DNA of 55,053 nucleotides from an uncultured Polyangiaceae bacterium (GCA_964585665.1 CAZPEY010000003.1:1203-56255); one strand, 5' to 3'; positions 11,262-19,969 are shown, counted from the stretch's first letter. Numbers and translations: made by a program. Notes: a model not told the origin generated them from the letters alone.

Positions 11262-13811
11262 ATGATTCGTTTGCGATCGACCCTTGCCCTCGCTTCCCTC
11301 ACCTTGTTGTTCGCCGTAGGTTGCAAGAAGAGCCCGCCCGCTGCTCCGTACGTCGACCCCGTCACGTCACCCACCAGCCTCACGCAGCAAGACATCACCG
11401 GCTACGCCAAGTTCGGCTCGACCGTCACCATCGAGGGTGGCGCCGCCGTCGCGACGACCACGGCCGATCCGTACGTTGGTCGCTTCCGCGCCACCGTCAT
11501 GCTCAAGCCGATGGCGACCAACACGCTCTCCGTCACCGCCAAGGATGGCAACGGCACGTCCAAGCCCACCGTCGTCACCATCGTCACCCCCGCGCCTCCC
11601 GATCACCTCACCCTCGAGCTGAGCCGCTCGACGATGAAGGCGGGTGAGTCGGTCATCGCCAAGGTCGTCGTCTACGACATCAACGGCATGCCCACCGGCA
11701 CCTTGATTGCGCCCGCCGTCACGGGCCCGACGGGCACCGGGGCCGTCACGGTCAGCGGCACGGGCACGACGGACGATCCGTTCAAGCTGACGGGCACCCT
11801 CACCGGCGAGTACACGGTCACTGCCACGCTCGACGCGACCAAGACCGCCAGCGCGACGCTCACCGTCGTCCCCGCCGCAGCGACGATGGCCCCCGATCTC
11901 CACGTGCGCCTCGCTAGCGACCCGCAAGGCGCCGACGCGACCAACATCACCGCCGGCACCGAGCTCGTCTATCGCTACTCGGTCGTCGACCAGTACGGCA
12001 ACAACATCCCGCTGCCCAACGTCACCGTGACGACCAACATGCTCGGCGCCGTCATCGGCCCCGTCGACACGCAGGAGACCGACAGCGCCGGGCTCATCAT
12101 CTATCAGGGCCCCATCCTCAACTTCGTCCGCTCCGGGACCTCTTCGGTGTCCGCGCATCTGGCCGGCACGTCGCTGACCCAGACGCGCATGGTCACCGTC
12201 GGAACCGACACGGCCGCGCTGGTCGCGCACCTCACGCTGTCGAACAACCTGACGCAGGTCGGCAACCCGATCAGCTACAAGGTCGTCGTGCTCGACGAGT
12301 TCGGCAACGAGGACGCCGAGGCTCTGACGCGCCTGGCGCTGACGTTCACCCCGGCCCCCGCCAGCGCCCCGGCCTGCAGCCCGAGCGCGTGCGACGCCGC
12401 GGCCTCCAGCGGAACGATCAACTTCCTCGAGGCTGGCAGCTTCCAGATCTCGGCGACCTTCAGCGGCACGCCGACGGTCATCTCCGACTCGCTCTTCGTC
12501 TCGGTGATCAACGCGCCAGTCCCGCCGACCCTGAGCATCTTCGACCCGCAGGCGACCGATGTGTTCGCACCGGGCGACACCGTCGAGCTCCGCTTCCAAT
12601 CGCACACCGCGAGCACCAGCGGCGGCACGGCTGCCTTCATCACCAGCGGCCAGTTCACGCGCTCGGGCGTCGCGCAGATCGGACAGGATGTCTGCCCCGC
12701 CGGCGCGGATACGTGCGCGCCGACTCTGACGTTCGACATCCCGAACGGCACGATCTTCGGCACGCAGTCCGTGTTGATCGTGATCACCGACGGTACGAGC
12801 GGCGCGTCGATCACCAAGAGCGTCACGTTCACCATCGACCCCGCGAGGCTCATCGTCGCCAACGGCGGGCGCACCGTCACGGTCGTGGCGCGCGCCGGCC
12901 GCTTCAACACGCCGATGGGCCTGACGCTGTTCGGCACTGATCTGTATGTTGCCAACAACGGCAACGGCGAGGTGCTCAAGATCGATCTGACGGCGACCCT
13001 GCCCGTGTTGCCCAACAACGCCAACCGCTTCTCGACGGGAATCCAGGGCATCGCGGACGTCGAGCTGCAACCGCTCAGCTCGGCCCTCGACGTGTATCCG
13101 CCGGCCTCGTTCCAGGGATTGTTTGCTGGCAACGACAACGGCGGGAGGCTGCGGTCGATCAGCAGCGGCGGGCTACCGACCAACCTCGGTACAATGCAGG
13201 ATCTGACGACGGTCGCCTACCAGGCGGTGCCCGTGCCGCTGGCGCTGCCGACGACGGGTAACCACGTCCCGCGCCTGTTCGTCGCGGACTTCAACAACAG
13301 CCGCATCCATGTCCTCGATCCGCTGACCGGCGCCAACCTGCAACCGAGCAATGGCGCGCTCGACTTCAACCTCGACGCGCCGTGGGGCGTGACGTTCTAC
13401 ACGAGCGCCGGCAGCACCAAGGTGATCGCGGGCAACGATGGCAACGATCGGATCCGCCAGTGTGATCTCGGCACGGGCGCACCGTCGGAGTGGGCGACGA
13501 GCTGCTCGGGCAATCAGACGACGCTCGCCAACCCGAACCAGGGCGCGGCGATCCGCGAGCCACGCGGCCTCGCGATGGGCCCGACGTCCGGCAAGCTCTA
13601 CGCGGTGTCGCGCCGCGGCGCCCGAGGCGTGCTCATGTACGATCAGACGGCGGCGGCCTGCACCAGCAATGGAACCTGCCCCGAGACCGTGATCGTCAGC
13701 GGGTTCCAGTCGCCGAACGGCATCGCCTTCGACGCCGCCGGAAACATGTACGTCAGCGACGAAGACCTGAACCTCGTCGTGCGCGTCTCTCCCGGCAGCA
13801 CGCCCTTCTAG
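11262..13811 (+). CDS. Lipoprotein with Ig-like (Big) repeats and a C-terminal NHL-repeat beta-propeller
   Basis: Signal peptide with lipobox LLFAVGC. The middle is made of Thr/Val-rich Ig-like repeats. NHL-type motifs are LYVANNGNGEVLKIDL, PRGLAMGPTSGKLYAV and PNGIAFDAAGNMYVSDEDLNLVVRV. Confidence 0.82.
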   Translation: MIRLRSTLALASLTLLFAVGCKKSPPAAPYVDPVTSPTSLTQQDITGYAKFGSTVTIEGGAAVATTTADPYVGRFRATVMLKPMATNTLSVTAKDGNGTSKPTVVTIVTPAPPDHLTLELSRSTMKAGESVIAKVVVYDINGMPTGTLIAPAVTGPTGTGAVTVSGTGTTDDPFKLTGTLTGEYTVTATLDATKTASATLTVVPAAATMAPDLHVRLASDPQGADATNITAGTELVYRYSVVDQYGNNIPLPNVTVTTNMLGAVIGPVDTQETDSAGLIIYQGPILNFVRSGTSSVSAHLAGTSLTQTRMVTVGTDTAALVAHLTLSNNLTQVGNPISYKVVVLDEFGNEDAEALTRLALTFTPAPASAPACSPSACDAAASSGTINFLEAGSFQISATFSGTPTVISDSLFVSVINAPVPPTLSIFDPQATDVFAPGDTVELRFQSHTASTSGGTAAFITSGQFTRSGVAQIGQDVCPAGADTCAPTLTFDIPNGTIFGTQSVLIVITDGTSGASITKSVTFTIDPARLIVANGGRTVTVVARAGRFNTPMGLTLFGTDLYVANNGNGEVLKIDLTATLPVLPNNANRFSTGIQGIADVELQPLSSALDVYPPASFQGLFAGNDNGGRLRSISSGGLPTNLGTMQDLTTVAYQAVPVPLALPTTGNHVPRLFVADFNNSRIHVLDPLTGANLQPSNGALDFNLDAPWGVTFYTSAGSTKVIAGNDGNDRIRQCDLGTGAPSEWATSCSGNQTTLANPNQGAAIREPRGLAMGPTSGKLYAVSRRGARGVLMYDQTAAACTSNGTCPETVIVSGFQSPNGIAFDAAGNMYVSDEDLNLVVRVSPGSTPF

Positions 13812-13827
13812 CGGGCGGCGCGCGGAC

Positions 13828-15597
13828 TCAGTCTGCGAGCTCGAGCCAGTCGAACCACACCGAGTAGTTGCGCTTGTACCAGGCCAGCACCTCGCGCAGA
13901 GCGTCGCGATTCTCCTGCGACATCAAGCTCTCCTCGATCCGATCGAAGTGCACCCGGATCCGCTCGCCATCGTAGGCGAGCGCCTGCGAGAACATCGTCT
14001 GTAGCTCGTTGCGAATGCGACCCGAGTCCGAGATCTTCACCGCGCGCTCATGCACGTCGACACCCGACAAGAAGCGTACGAGTAGCGGGCTGAACACCAG
14101 GCGCGCCTCGTCGAGCTCGTCGAGCAAGCGGAACGTGAAGGTGACGCGCGAGTTGGCGTTGCGGGTCGTCAGCCGCGTCACGACGCGGTAGTTGCCGTTG
14201 GCGAGCCGCTCGACCCCTCGCGCGCCGGTATACGGATCGTCACACATGTAGCCGGTGCACGCGAGCACGCCCCACCCCTTCTCGGGCAGCAGATCGTCGG
14301 CGCGCAGGACGCGGCGATCGAGCGGCACGTTGGATCGACGCGCCTCGCGCAGCGCCTCGGCATACAGGCTCACCCGCTCGTCGTCGAGCGGCTCGCCGCC
14401 GAACACGCCGCGCAGCGCCTCGACGAACGTCGGCGCCTCGGGATCGAGCTTCATCAAGCGATACTCGTCGTCGTGCGGGCGCTCGAACTTGGGCGAGAAC
14501 GGCGCCATCGTGCAGTCGACATCGAGGACCTCGGCCAGGCTGGCTGCCTGCATGGCCTCGGCGGACGCGGCGTACCCATCGCACACGAAGACGTGCTGCG
14601 CGCCCGCTTCGTCTCGCCAAGCACCGACGAGAAACGTCGGCGCGTAGGTCCCTGAGTCGGTGAACACCGGCAGCCCCGTCGGCGCGATCCAGCCGTCGTC
14701 GACGAGATGCGCACCGAGCGCCTCCCACTCCTGCCAGAGCCGCGACATTCGCTTGATGCGGCTCTTGCCCCGCAGCGTCCACACATGGATGTTGGCGCGC
14801 GCGATGCCGGGATAGGCGCGCTCGATCGCTTCGACGACCCGCGCGCGCGGCGTGCAGTAGTCGAGCAGCACCGCCTGCTCTTCGGCGGCCGCGACGACTC
14901 GACGCGGCACCGTGAGGCACCCCATGTAGGACTCGTAGGGTCGCGTCACCGAGAGCGGCGCATCGAACAGATGGAGCACCGTCATCGGCCCGGTCTCGCG
15001 CCCCTCTGCGAAGCGCGACGTGTTCTCGAGCGTGTCGACCGCCGCCCCCCAGACGGTGATGCCGCGCCGCCGCAGCTCTTCGTGAAAGTCCTCGAAGCAG
15101 CAGCGCTCGTCGTTGAGCAGACGATGCACCGCTGCGTCGACGATTCGCGCCACCTCGGGGCGCGCGTAGACACGGCCAAAGCCGAGCAGTGGATTGGCTC
15201 CCATCTCGGGCGTCTCGCCGGCCTTGGGCATCAACCCCTCGCCGAGCGACACCATCACCGCGTGATTCTCGGGGAGCTGGCGCGTCAGGTACCAGAGCCC
15301 CTCGCTCATCACGTAGGCCGACACCGCGTCGGCCGCCTTCTTCATCTGGTTGTAGCGATGCTTGTCGGCCCCCTTGCCCTCGCCGAAGTGGCCGAACAGC
15401 CGCGTCCCGAGCGCCGTCGCTGCGGCGGTCATCGCCAGGCAGCGCGTCAGGCCGCGCGGCACGAAGGCGTGGGCGGACACGGGATCCTCCTGGGCGCGCT
15501 CGACCTCGACGTCTTCGAGCCAAAGATGAAATCGCGTCAGCACCGGACGCGTATCGAACGCCCACTGCGCCACCAGATCACTTCGCTTCGCGGTCAT
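13828..15597 (-). CDS. Conserved hypothetical protein with distant GlpX-like (class II fructose-1,6-bisphosphatase fold) similarity
   Basis: A 589-aa ORF with normal composition. Several segments resemble GlpX blocks as I recall them: SLGEGLMPKAGE; VWTLRGKSRIKR...LGAHLVDDG; DGYAASAEAMQAASLAEVLDVD; ACTGYM...RVVTRLTTRNANSRVTF. The coding call is solid, but the fold assignment is tentative. Confidence 0.7.
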   Translation of the reverse strand: MTAKRSDLVAQWAFDTRPVLTRFHLWLEDVEVERAQEDPVSAHAFVPRGLTRCLAMTAAATALGTRLFGHFGEGKGADKHRYNQMKKAADAVSAYVMSEGLWYLTRQLPENHAVMVSLGEGLMPKAGETPEMGANPLLGFGRVYARPEVARIVDAAVHRLLNDERCCFEDFHEELRRRGITVWGAAVDTLENTSRFAEGRETGPMTVLHLFDAPLSVTRPYESYMGCLTVPRRVVAAAEEQAVLLDYCTPRARVVEAIERAYPGIARANIHVWTLRGKSRIKRMSRLWQEWEALGAHLVDDGWIAPTGLPVFTDSGTYAPTFLVGAWRDEAGAQHVFVCDGYAASAEAMQAASLAEVLDVDCTMAPFSPKFERPHDDEYRLMKLDPEAPTFVEALRGVFGGEPLDDERVSLYAEALREARRSNVPLDRRVLRADDLLPEKGWGVLACTGYMCDDPYTGARGVERLANGNYRVVTRLTTRNANSRVTFTFRLLDELDEARLVFSPLLVRFLSGVDVHERAVKISDSGRIRNELQTMFSQALAYDGERIRVHFDRIEESLMSQENRDALREVLAWYKRNYSVWFDWLELAD

Positions 15598-15642
15598 GAT
15601 CGCCCCCTTCGATACCTCTCAGCTTACTCCTCCTGGAGGGTG

Positions 15643-15963
15643 ATGAAGATGGCGACGGACATTGCCTTCCTGGCTCGATCGCGCGATCCTTGGCAGATGA
15701 TGCGCGTCTCCCTGCTCGCCTTGATCTTGGTTGCTGCCCCCACGCTCGCAGGCGCCGACAACGTTGCCAAGAACACGATCAAAGCGGGCGCCAAGACCGG
15801 AGGACACGCGGTGCGCGATGGCGCGCGCACCGGAGGACGAACCGTCAAGACGTTCTTCCAGAGCGGCGCGGGCGCCGCCAAGGCAGAAGCCAAGGCAGGC
15901 GGCGCCAAGACCAAGGCCAACGCGAAATCCAACGCCGCCGCCACCAAAGCCGCCGCAAAGTAG
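15643..15963 (+). CDS. Small secreted Ala/Lys/Gly-rich protein
   Basis: GGAGGG (15634-15639) precedes the ATG at 15643. ATG at 15697 is an alternative start that gives the signal peptide MMRVSLLALILVAAPTLAGA. The mature part is low-complexity AK/G-rich sequence. Confidence 0.55.
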   Translation: MKMATDIAFLARSRDPWQMMRVSLLALILVAAPTLAGADNVAKNTIKAGAKTGGHAVRDGARTGGRTVKTFFQSGAGAAKAEAKAGGAKTKANAKSNAAATKAAAK

Positions 15964-16127
15964 CAACTCGATCGCACAGACGCGAATAGGCTCGCTCGCG
16001 CATCCGTTGCGCTCGCTTTGCGCGGTGCGTTCGCAGAACCTGCGTTAGAACCCACCCTCGCTTCGATCACGAACAGTCAACCATTCGAAACTACGACGGG
16101 TCGCGCCAAGCCAACGCGCCCGAGCCC

Positions 16128-16143
16128 TGGCAGGTGCATTGCA
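16128..16143 (+). promoter_or_regulatory. Sigma-54 (-24/-12) promoter candidate upstream of the decaheme cytochrome gene
   Basis: TGGCAG-gtgca-TTGCA against the consensus TGGCAC-N5-TTGCW: one mismatch, with correct GG/GC spacing. The predicted +1 is about 16154. The 38-nt leader carries GGAGG (16180-16184) 7 nt before the ATG at 16192. Confidence 0.6.
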
Positions 16144-16191
16144 CAGCAGATTGCAGTGAGGACGGAACCCTGCCCGCCCGGAGGCTCGATC

Positions 16192-19100
16192 ATGCGTAGA
16201 ACACATCTATTGAGTAGTCTGCTCCTAACGATCGCTTTGGCGGGGGGTGGGTGCAAGGGACCGGCAGGCAAGCCTTGTACAGTCGCCAGCAATGGCGATG
16301 GCACCTCGACGATAAGCTGCCCTGACGGCACGAAGGTCACCGTCAAGGACGGCGCCAACGGCACCGACTGCAGCGTCAAGGACAACACCGACGGCTCGAA
16401 GACCGTCACGTGCACCGACGGCACGACGGTCACGGTGAACAACGGCACCAACGGGACCGATGGCACCAAGGGCACCGACGGCACCAACGGCACCAACGGC
16501 ACCAACGGCACCAACGGCACCAACGGCTCGAACGGCGCCGACGCCAACCTGCTCGTCACCAATTTCCACGGCGTGCAAGCGATCCTCGACGAGGAGCTCA
16601 AGAACGCCAACAAGAGCTACGTCAAGATCGTCGACATCTCCGCGACCGCCGGCGCCGACGGCATCGTCACGGTCAACTACACGGTCAAGGACAAGGACGA
16701 CAAACCGGTCCTCGGAATCGTCGGCACGACGACGAGCTACAACATCGTCAAGCTGATGCCACCGGGCGCGACCGAAACGACCACCTACTGGGTGCCCTAC
16801 ATCTGGCGCACCGAAGAGGTCAAGACCACGGGCTACCCCAACGACAAAGGCACGAAGACCGAGCAGGGCTATCGCGAGAACAACGGCAGCTTCAACGAGC
16901 TCGGCGACGGCAAGTATACGTACACGTTCAAGACCAACCTGTCGGCGGTCACGACCCCAGTGACCATGCAGCCGGTCTCCTTCGATCGCAATCGCAAGCA
17001 CCGCGTCTCGATCATGATCGGCGGACACAACGGACCGACGGGAACGGCGACGTTCGACTTCGTTCCGGACGGCTCGACCGACACGACCTCGCGCGACATC
17101 CTGTCGACATCCTCTTGCCAGACCTGCCACGGTCCCTTCTTCGCGGGTCACGGTGGCGATCGCATGACCGTCGAGAACTGCGCTACCTGCCACACCAAGG
17201 GCAGCTACGACGCACAGAGCGGCAACACGCTCGATCTGCCAGTGATGATCCACAAGATCCACGCGGGCGCCGAGCTGGCCAGCATTCCGGGAGACGACGG
17301 AGAGGTGTGGGACGACCCGGCCACCCTCGTCGATGAGTCGGCCGACAACGGGCACTACGTGATGTACGGCTACATGGATCGCAAGGTCGAGTGGTGGGAC
17401 GTCGGCTTCCCAGCGGTGCTCGAGAACTGCACCAAGTGCCACAACGGCTCGGGCGCCGATGTCGACAACTGGAAGAACAAGCTGTCGCGCGAGACCTGCG
17501 GCTCTTGCCACGACACGACGAGCTTCGACTTCCCGGCACCACAGGGCATGGTCATGCATGGCGGCGCGGCGGTCCCGAACGACGACACGATGTGCAAGAA
17601 CTGTCATCAGTCCGACAACAAGGGCCTCGGCCCGAGCATCGAGGCCGCGCACGACTGGACCACCAAAGATCCGCAGCACATCCCTGAGTTCGTCGCCGAG
17701 CTGTCGGTGACGCTGCCCGACGGCAAGGCCCCAGCCGGTGGCTTCTTCACCAAGGGTCAGCAACCGATGGTCACGATCAGGCTGCGCGACAACGAGCTCA
17801 ACGGCAAGCCGTACCTGCCGAACCACGAGCTCTACGCAGACGACGGGATCACCGCAGTCCCACCAGGTGACGGCCCCGAGGGTTGCACGCCGAACAACGA
17901 CAAGACGGCCTGCCTCGAGGATCGAGACGGCAAGCTCCCAGGCGCCAAGCTGTTCGTGCACGGCCCACGCGCCCGCCGCGTCCCGGTGCTGTCGACGCTG
18001 GCACGCGTCGTCATGAAGAGCACGGTCAACGGCACGTTCGCCTTCACCGACGCAACGTTCAAGGCCAACGTCAGCTTCAAGGTCGACGCGGGGCGCGATC
18101 TCTACGAGCAGGACGTGAGCGGCGGCGACGTCGTCTTCCCGGGCTCGTTCACGGTGCCGGCCTTCTCGGCGGGTGCGACGGGCCAGGTCGCCAGTTCGCC
18201 AGCGCCGAGCACGACCTCGTTCACCGACGCGAACCAGCAGCTCCTCGGCGTCAACCAGTCGTGGCGCGACCACCAGTACGCTGGCTGGACGATCGTCTTC
18301 ACCGACAACACCGATACTGCCAAGCCGACGGCGAGCGGCGTCATCGTCGACAACGTCGGCCCCACTGTGACGCTCAAGAGTGGTGTCTCGCTCGTCACGA
18401 CGGCCAACCACATCATCACGTACGCAATGTTTGCGCCGGCCGGGTCGTATAGCGGCCGTGCTTCTGCCGTGACCGCTACGACGCTGACCGACTCGACGGC
18501 CAAGTGGCGCAGCGGACAGTACCTCGGCTGGACGGTCGCCTTCATCGGTGGCACGGCCGACGGCAAGACGGCGACGATCACCGGCAACGATGGCACCGGC
18601 CTTACGTTCGACACGCTCGCCTTCGCGTTCGACGCCACGCAGCTCTACCAGATCCGCCCGTGGGTCGACACCGCCAAGGTCACGCCCAAAGAGGTCGTGC
18701 TCTGGCTCAACGCCAACGCCGGCTTCGCGGCGCGCGCGGTCGCGTACCTGGAGGACTCGTACATCTCTTCGACGCTCGCGGCGGCGATCACCACGACGCC
18801 GACCAACACCTTCACCGTCAAGACCGGCGAGGGCGCGATGTTCCCGGCGAGCGGCAGCGTGACCATCGATCGCGTGCTGTCCGGCGTTGGCACGCTCGCG
18901 ACGACCGCTGAGACGTTCGACTACACCCGCAGCGCGGACACCTTCACGCTGACGAGCGGCAGCACAGCGCTCGCGCACGCCAAGGGCGCCAACGTCGTCG
19001 TCCGCAATCCGAGCGGTGTCGTCGTGCGCAGCCGCAACCTCGGCAAGGTGTTCTCGATCCAGGGCGTCTCGACCGGCCTCACCGACGCGATCTTCCCCGC

Positions 19101-19923
19101 CGACAAGGTCTGGGGCTACCCGGTGCACGTCCTCGGCAGCAACGCGCCCGGCGCGTTCGACACCAAGGGAACGGCGTCGACGGTAGGCAACAACCTGGCG
19201 CGGCAGACCGACACCATCAAGGAGGACCCGAAGGTGACCTGGTCGAGCGACTCGATCCAGTACGTCCTCGATCCAGTCGACGATCTCGAGCCGGGCACGT
19301 ACATCGCCGACGTCGAGATCACCGACCGCGGCCTGCTCAGCAGCACCGCGAGCTACAAGACCCCGACCGTGGCCCGCATCACCTTCCAGGTCGGCACGGC
19401 CACGGAAGAGAAGGCCCCAGCGAACAACTGCGGCAAGTGCCACACCGATCCGACCGACACCAAGGGCTACGTGCTCGACTTCCAGCGGCACAACAAGCTC
19501 TTCAACAACACGGCGGTCGATCTGTGCGGCAACTGCCACGACTACCAGCCGCAAGCGGCGACGGGAACGGCTTGGTCGGGCGCGGTGTCGATCTCGCGGC
19601 GCGTGCACAGCGTGCACAACGGCGCGCATCTCAACTACCCGAACACGACCGTCGCGCACTCGGACGGCGAGGTCGGACGCAACTGGGGCATCGGCATGCC
19701 GCTCGACCTGCGAACCTGCGACCTCACCTGCCACCCGTCGACGGCGCCGCTCGGCACCACGGCGAGCAGCGGCTCGTGGAAGACCAAGGCCGCGCGCCTG
19801 CCGTGCGGTGGCTGCCACGACTCCGATGCAGCGCAGGCGCACTTCAAGGCGATGACCTGGGATCCGACGCCGAACGATCCGTACAGCGGCGACGAGGGCG
19901 AGTCCTGCCAGACCTGCCACTAG
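16192..19923 (+). CDS. Decaheme c-type cytochrome lipoprotein with an MtrC/OmcA-like 5+5 heme layout and an N-terminal collagen-like stalk
   Basis: Signal peptide with the lipobox-like LAGGGC (Cys at 16252). Nine CXXCH motifs and one CX3CH form two clusters of five. I trimmed the start from ORF 16018 to the ATG at 16192, which is preceded by a Shine-Dalgarno sequence. Confidence 0.9.
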   Translation: MRRTHLLSSLLLTIALAGGGCKGPAGKPCTVASNGDGTSTISCPDGTKVTVKDGANGTDCSVKDNTDGSKTVTCTDGTTVTVNNGTNGTDGTKGTDGTNGTNGTNGTNGTNGSNGADANLLVTNFHGVQAILDEELKNANKSYVKIVDISATAGADGIVTVNYTVKDKDDKPVLGIVGTTTSYNIVKLMPPGATETTTYWVPYIWRTEEVKTTGYPNDKGTKTEQGYRENNGSFNELGDGKYTYTFKTNLSAVTTPVTMQPVSFDRNRKHRVSIMIGGHNGPTGTATFDFVPDGSTDTTSRDILSTSSCQTCHGPFFAGHGGDRMTVENCATCHTKGSYDAQSGNTLDLPVMIHKIHAGAELASIPGDDGEVWDDPATLVDESADNGHYVMYGYMDRKVEWWDVGFPAVLENCTKCHNGSGADVDNWKNKLSRETCGSCHDTTSFDFPAPQGMVMHGGAAVPNDDTMCKNCHQSDNKGLGPSIEAAHDWTTKDPQHIPEFVAELSVTLPDGKAPAGGFFTKGQQPMVTIRLRDNELNGKPYLPNHELYADDGITAVPPGDGPEGCTPNNDKTACLEDRDGKLPGAKLFVHGPRARRVPVLSTLARVVMKSTVNGTFAFTDATFKANVSFKVDAGRDLYEQDVSGGDVVFPGSFTVPAFSAGATGQVASSPAPSTTSFTDANQQLLGVNQSWRDHQYAGWTIVFTDNTDTAKPTASGVIVDNVGPTVTLKSGVSLVTTANHIITYAMFAPAGSYSGRASAVTATTLTDSTAKWRSGQYLGWTVAFIGGTADGKTATITGNDGTGLTFDTLAFAFDATQLYQIRPWVDTAKVTPKEVVLWLNANAGFAARAVAYLEDSYISSTLAAAITTTPTNTFTVKTGEGAMFPASGSVTIDRVLSGVGTLATTAETFDYTRSADTFTLTSGSTALAHAKGANVVVRNPSGVVVRSRNLGKVFSIQGVSTGLTDAIFPADKVWGYPVHVLGSNAPGAFDTKGTASTVGNNLARQTDTIKEDPKVTWSSDSIQYVLDPVDDLEPGTYIADVEITDRGLLSSTASYKTPTVARITFQVGTATEEKAPANNCGKCHTDPTDTKGYVLDFQRHNKLFNNTAVDLCGNCHDYQPQAATGTAWSGAVSISRRVHSVHNGAHLNYPNTTVAHSDGEVGRNWGIGMPLDLRTCDLTCHPSTAPLGTTASSGSWKTKAARLPCGGCHDSDAAQAHFKAMTWDPTPNDPYSGDEGESCQTCH
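16444..16542 (+). repeat. Coding 9-bp tandem repeat encoding 11 Gly-X-Y triplets (GTN/GTD/GTK/GSN/GAD)
   Basis: Five perfect consecutive copies of GGCACCAAC span 16480-16524. Diverged copies flank them on both sides. Confidence 0.9.
17116..17607 (+). other. Heme-binding cluster 1 of the decaheme cytochrome (5 CXXCH)
   Basis: CQTCH 17116-17130, CATCH 17179-17193, CTKCH 17428-17442, CGSCH 17497-17511, CKNCH 17593-17607. Confidence 0.9.
19429..19920 (+). other. Heme-binding cluster 2 of the decaheme cytochrome (4 CXXCH plus 1 CX3CH)
   Basis: CGKCH 19429-19443, CGNCH 19525-19539, CDLTCH 19717-19734, CGGCH 19804-19818, CQTCH 19906-19920. The stop codon follows the last motif directly. Confidence 0.88.
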
Positions 19924-19969
19924 CTCCGTAGTCCTTCTCTTTCCACCTCCATCTGAGCGAGTATCGACG

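Noticed and set aside
18591-18605. TGGCAC-cggcc-TTAC inside the cytochrome coding region
   Set aside because: It is deep inside a CDS, the -12 element reads TTAC rather than TTGC, and there is no downstream start codon.
16225-19920. 1231-aa ORF on the minus strand spanning the whole cytochrome gene
   Set aside because: It is strongly enriched in Arg/Ala/Gly/Val/Asp, as expected for an off-frame shadow ORF in very GC-rich DNA, and I recognise no motifs in it. The plus-strand frame carries ten heme motifs, a signal peptide and a Shine-Dalgarno sequence.
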